Below are positions 61,692 through 64,000 of a DNA stretch of 64,000 nucleotides, piece after piece (positions within the stretch are counted from its first letter, which is position 1; the number at the start of each line of letters is the position of its first letter). Position numbers and translations under genes: made by a program. Below the pieces are notes generated by a model. It ran no database searches, had not been told where the DNA came from, and was given only the letters and a program-made list of their open reading frames with translations. Source of the stretch: an uncultured Chloroflexia bacterium (GTDB lineage Bacteria; Chloroflexota; Anaerolineae; Anaerolineales; E44-bin32); the NCBI GenBank assembly GCA_963743255.1, contig CAVUPD010000009.1, positions 310,862-374,861 on the forward strand, given 5' to 3'.

Positions 61692-62392
61692 TTACACGAT
61701 GTTCGGGTCGATCTTGATCCCGGGGCCCATCGTGCTGGTCACGGTGATCTTGCGCAGGTAGGTGCCCTTGGCCGCCGGCGGCTTGGCCTTCTTGACCGCC
61801 TCCATGAGCGCCGTGAAGTTCTCCGTCAGGTTGTCGGCGGAGAACGACGCCTTGCCGATCGGCACGTGCAGGTTGGCGGTCTTGTCGACGCGGAATTCCA
61901 CTCGACCGGCCTTGAGTTCCTTGATCACCCGCGGCAGATCGACCGCCGGGACCACCGTGCCGGCCTTGGGGTTCGGCATCAGCCCGCGCGGGCCGAGCAC
62001 CTTGCCCAGGCCCGACTTGCCGATCTTGCCCATCATCTCGGGCGTGGCGATGGCGACGTCGAACTCGATCCAGCCGTCCTTGATCTTGGTGATCACCTCG
62101 TCGTCGGCGATGATGTCGGCGCCGGCTTCCTGGGCCACGCGGGCTCCCTCGCCCTCGGCGAAGACGAGCACGCGGACCGACTTGCCCAGCCCGTTGGGCA
62201 GCTGCACCGTGTCGCGCACCTGCTGCTCGGCGTGCCGTGGGTCCACCCCCAGGCGCATGTGGACTTCGATCGTGCCGTCGAACTTGGTGTACGACGTCTC
62301 GCGGCCAGCGTCAGCGCCGGGAGCGGCTCGTACAGCTTCTCGAGTTCGACCCTGGCGACTGCCTGGCGGTACTTCTTTCCGTGCTTGGCCAT
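61692..62392 (-). CDS. rplA: 50S ribosomal protein L1; one single-base frameshift near 62300-62306
   Basis: [30 protein letters not shown] (ORF 62093..62440) joins [29 protein letters not shown].. (ORF 61692..62258). Confidence 0.93.
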
Positions 62393-62398
62393 CATCGA

Positions 62399-62441
62399 CT
62401 CCTTGTGGTGTTGGCGGGCCGCTCGATGCGGCCCTCCCACG
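62399..62441 (-). promoter_or_regulatory. Conserved leader element upstream of rplA (paralogue of the rplK leader element)
   Basis: Minus strand CGTGGGAGGGCCGCATCGAGCGGCCCGCCAACACCACAAGGAG, immediately before the ATG. Confidence 0.4.
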
Positions 62442-62867
62442 TCAGTCTTCGACGATCATTCCCATGTTGCGGGCGGTGCCTTCGATCTGGCGCATCGCGC
62501 CTTCCAGATCGATGGCGTTCAGGTCCTTCATCTTGATTTCGGCGATCTCGCGGACCTGCGTCCGCTTGACCTTGCCGACCTTGTTCCGGTTCGGCTCCGC
62601 CGAGCCCTTCTCGACGCCGGCCGCCTTGCGCAGCAGGACCGGCGTGGGCGGGGTCTTCAGGATGAAGGTGAACGAGCCGTCGGTGAAGATGCTGATCTCG
62701 GCCGGCATGATCTCGCCCGGCTTGCCCGAGGTGCGGGCGTTGTATTCCTTGCAGAACGCCATCAGGTTGATGCCGTGCGGCGCCAGGGCCGGGCCGATCG
62801 GCGGCGCAGGATTGGCCTTGCCGGCCTCGATCTGCAGGCGAACGACGGTCTTGAGTTTCTTTGCCAC
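62442..62867 (-). CDS. rplK: 50S ribosomal protein L11
   Basis: Intact 141-aa [46 protein letters not shown].. Confidence 0.95.
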   Translation of the reverse strand: MAKKLKTVVRLQIEAGKANPAPPIGPALAPHGINLMAFCKEYNARTSGKPGEIMPAEISIFTDGSFTFILKTPPTPVLLRKAAGVEKGSAEPNRNKVGKVKRTQVREIAEIKMKDLNAIDLEGAMRQIEGTARNMGMIVED

Positions 62868-62871
62868 AGGT

Positions 62872-62918
62872 GCTCTCCTTGAGTGGTGTTAGCGGGCGGG
62901 TTGGGCCGCCCTCCCACG
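62872..62918 (-). promoter_or_regulatory. Conserved leader element upstream of rplK (possible L1-binding mimic)
   Basis: Minus strand CGTGGGAGGGCGGCCCAACCCGCCCGCTAACACCACTCAAGGAGAG, before the GTG start. It is preceded by the hairpin GCGGGCCGAGCGGCCCGC after nusG. Confidence 0.4.
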
Positions 62919-62937
62919 CGGGCCGCTCGGCCCGCTT

Positions 62938-63696
62938 TCAGGCTTTCTCGACTTGCAGGAAGTCCAGCTCCACGGGCGTCTCGCGCCCGAAGAACGACAC
63001 CATCACGCGCACCTTGGCGCGCTCCATGTCGATCTCGTCCACCGTGCCGATGAAATCGTTGAACGGTCCGTCGATGATGCGCACCTTCTGGCCGGCCTTG
63101 TAGGTCACCTTGACTCGCGGGGCCTCGGCCTCCATGCGCTTGATGATCTGGGCCACTTCTTCCGGGCGAAGCGGCGTCGGCTCGTTGCCCATCCCGACGA
63201 AGCCGGTCACGCCCGGCGTGTTGCGCACGACGTACCACGAGTCCTCGGTCAGGATCATCTGCACCAGGATGTAGCCGGGAAAGACGCGCCGCTCGACCGT
63301 GCGGCGCTTGCCGTCGCGGACTTCGATCTCTTCCTCGGTCGGTACGACGACGTCGAAGATCTTGTCCTTCATCCCCATCGTGTCGATGCGCTGCTCGAGG
63401 TTGTGGCGCACCTTGTTCTCGTAGCCCGAGTAGCAGTGGACCACGTACCAGTGCCGGTCGTCGGCCGGCTCCTCCGCCGCGGCAGGCTTGGCCGCCGGTT
63501 CCTCGGCCGCCGCCATCACCGGACGGAGCGGCAGGTCCGGAACGTACGGCGGGTACGGCACGGGTTCCGCCATCGGCGCCGGTGCCGCGGCCGGGACAGG
63601 CTCCGCCTGCATCGCGGCTTCGGCCGCGACGGGCTCGACGGTGGTTTCTTCTTCCCGGGGCACGTCGTCCCGGGGCTCCAGCTCGTGCTCACTCAT
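62938..63696 (-). CDS. nusG: Transcription termination/antitermination factor NusG with acidic Pro/Ala-rich N-terminal extension
   Basis: WYVVHCYSGYENKV (NGN) and KVRIIDGPFNDFIGTVDEID (KOW). Start MSEHELEP at 63696. Confidence 0.92.
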   Translation of the reverse strand: MSEHELEPRDDVPREEETTVEPVAAEAAMQAEPVPAAAPAPMAEPVPYPPYVPDLPLRPVMAAAEEPAAKPAAAEEPADDRHWYVVHCYSGYENKVRHNLEQRIDTMGMKDKIFDVVVPTEEEIEVRDGKRRTVERRVFPGYILVQMILTEDSWYVVRNTPGVTGFVGMGNEPTPLRPEEVAQIIKRMEAEAPRVKVTYKAGQKVRIIDGPFNDFIGTVDEIDMERAKVRVMVSFFGRETPVELDFLQVEKA

Positions 63697-63701
63697 TCGA
63701 T

Positions 63702-63909
63702 CTACCCAAGGGTGAGAACCCACCCAACCAGGCGGGCAAACAGCAGGTCCATCGTACCCAGGAAGGTGCTCATCACGGCCAGGACGACCAGGACGACGAT
63801 CGTCAGCTGCGTCGCTTCCGGCCGCGTCGGCCAGGTGACTTTGCGCAGCTCGGCCACGGTTTCCCGGAGCGTGCGGCTGATGGCATTCGGTTGCTTCTTC
63901 GCTGGTCAT
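63702..63909 (-). CDS. secE: Preprotein translocase subunit SecE; frameshift just after the start codon
   Basis: ..KKQPNAISRTLRETVAELRKVTWPTRPEATQLTIVVLVVLAVMSTFLGTMDLLFARLVGWVL.. is in the frame adjacent to the ATG at 63909. It sits in the canonical position upstream of nusG. Confidence 0.8.
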
Positions 63910-63969
63910 CGCCTCGTTCCTCCGGTTCCGCCGGTGCGTTCGTCGCGCCGGCCACCGTGCGATCTCAGG

Positions 63970-64000
63970 CAGGCCAGGCAGGAATTGAACCCACAACCCC
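63970..64000 (-). tRNA. 3' part of a tRNA (probably Trp by synteny), truncated by the window edge
   Basis: Minus strand ..GTGGGTTCAATTCCTGCCTGGCCTG has a T-arm (TTCAATT loop) plus an acceptor 3' strand. tRNA-Trp commonly precedes secE-nusG. The anticodon is not visible. Confidence 0.5.

Overview
This is a high-GC bacterial chromosomal segment. Gene content, SLH domains, a T-box leader and very abundant GTAGGGGC-type hairpin repeats suggest a Chloroflexota-like organism, but that is inference only. I can support about 60 protein-coding genes, one complete tRNA-Val(GAC), a probable tRNA fragment at the right edge, a T-box leader on thrS, and the secE-nusG-rplK-rplA-rplJ-rplL cluster at the right end. 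I saw no rRNA and no CRISPR array. The outstanding feature is a ~12.8 kb run (38.4-51.2 kb) of 12 co-oriented, functionally unrelated small genes on the minus strand. They are separated by imperfect inverted repeats with GCCYAAC...GTTRGGC termini and attC-like geometry. I read this as an integron-type gene-cassette array with no integrase in the window (CALIN-like). Its attC-like sites are unusually long and modular. Next to the array lies a three-gene operon: a cGAS/OAS-like nucleotidyltransferase fold protein, a DUF3786-like protein and a CPBP intramembrane protease. It is a candidate uncharacterised system. A frameshifted REP-associated tyrosine transposase (RAYT) sits inside arrays of REP-like hairpins (28.3-29.6 kb), and related hairpin clusters occur at about 9, 37 and 56 kb. 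Many genes, including the essential thrS, rplA and secE, need one to about ten single-base frame corrections. This most likely reflects assembly indels rather than pseudogenisation. For such genes the coordinates span the joined frames and are approximate.
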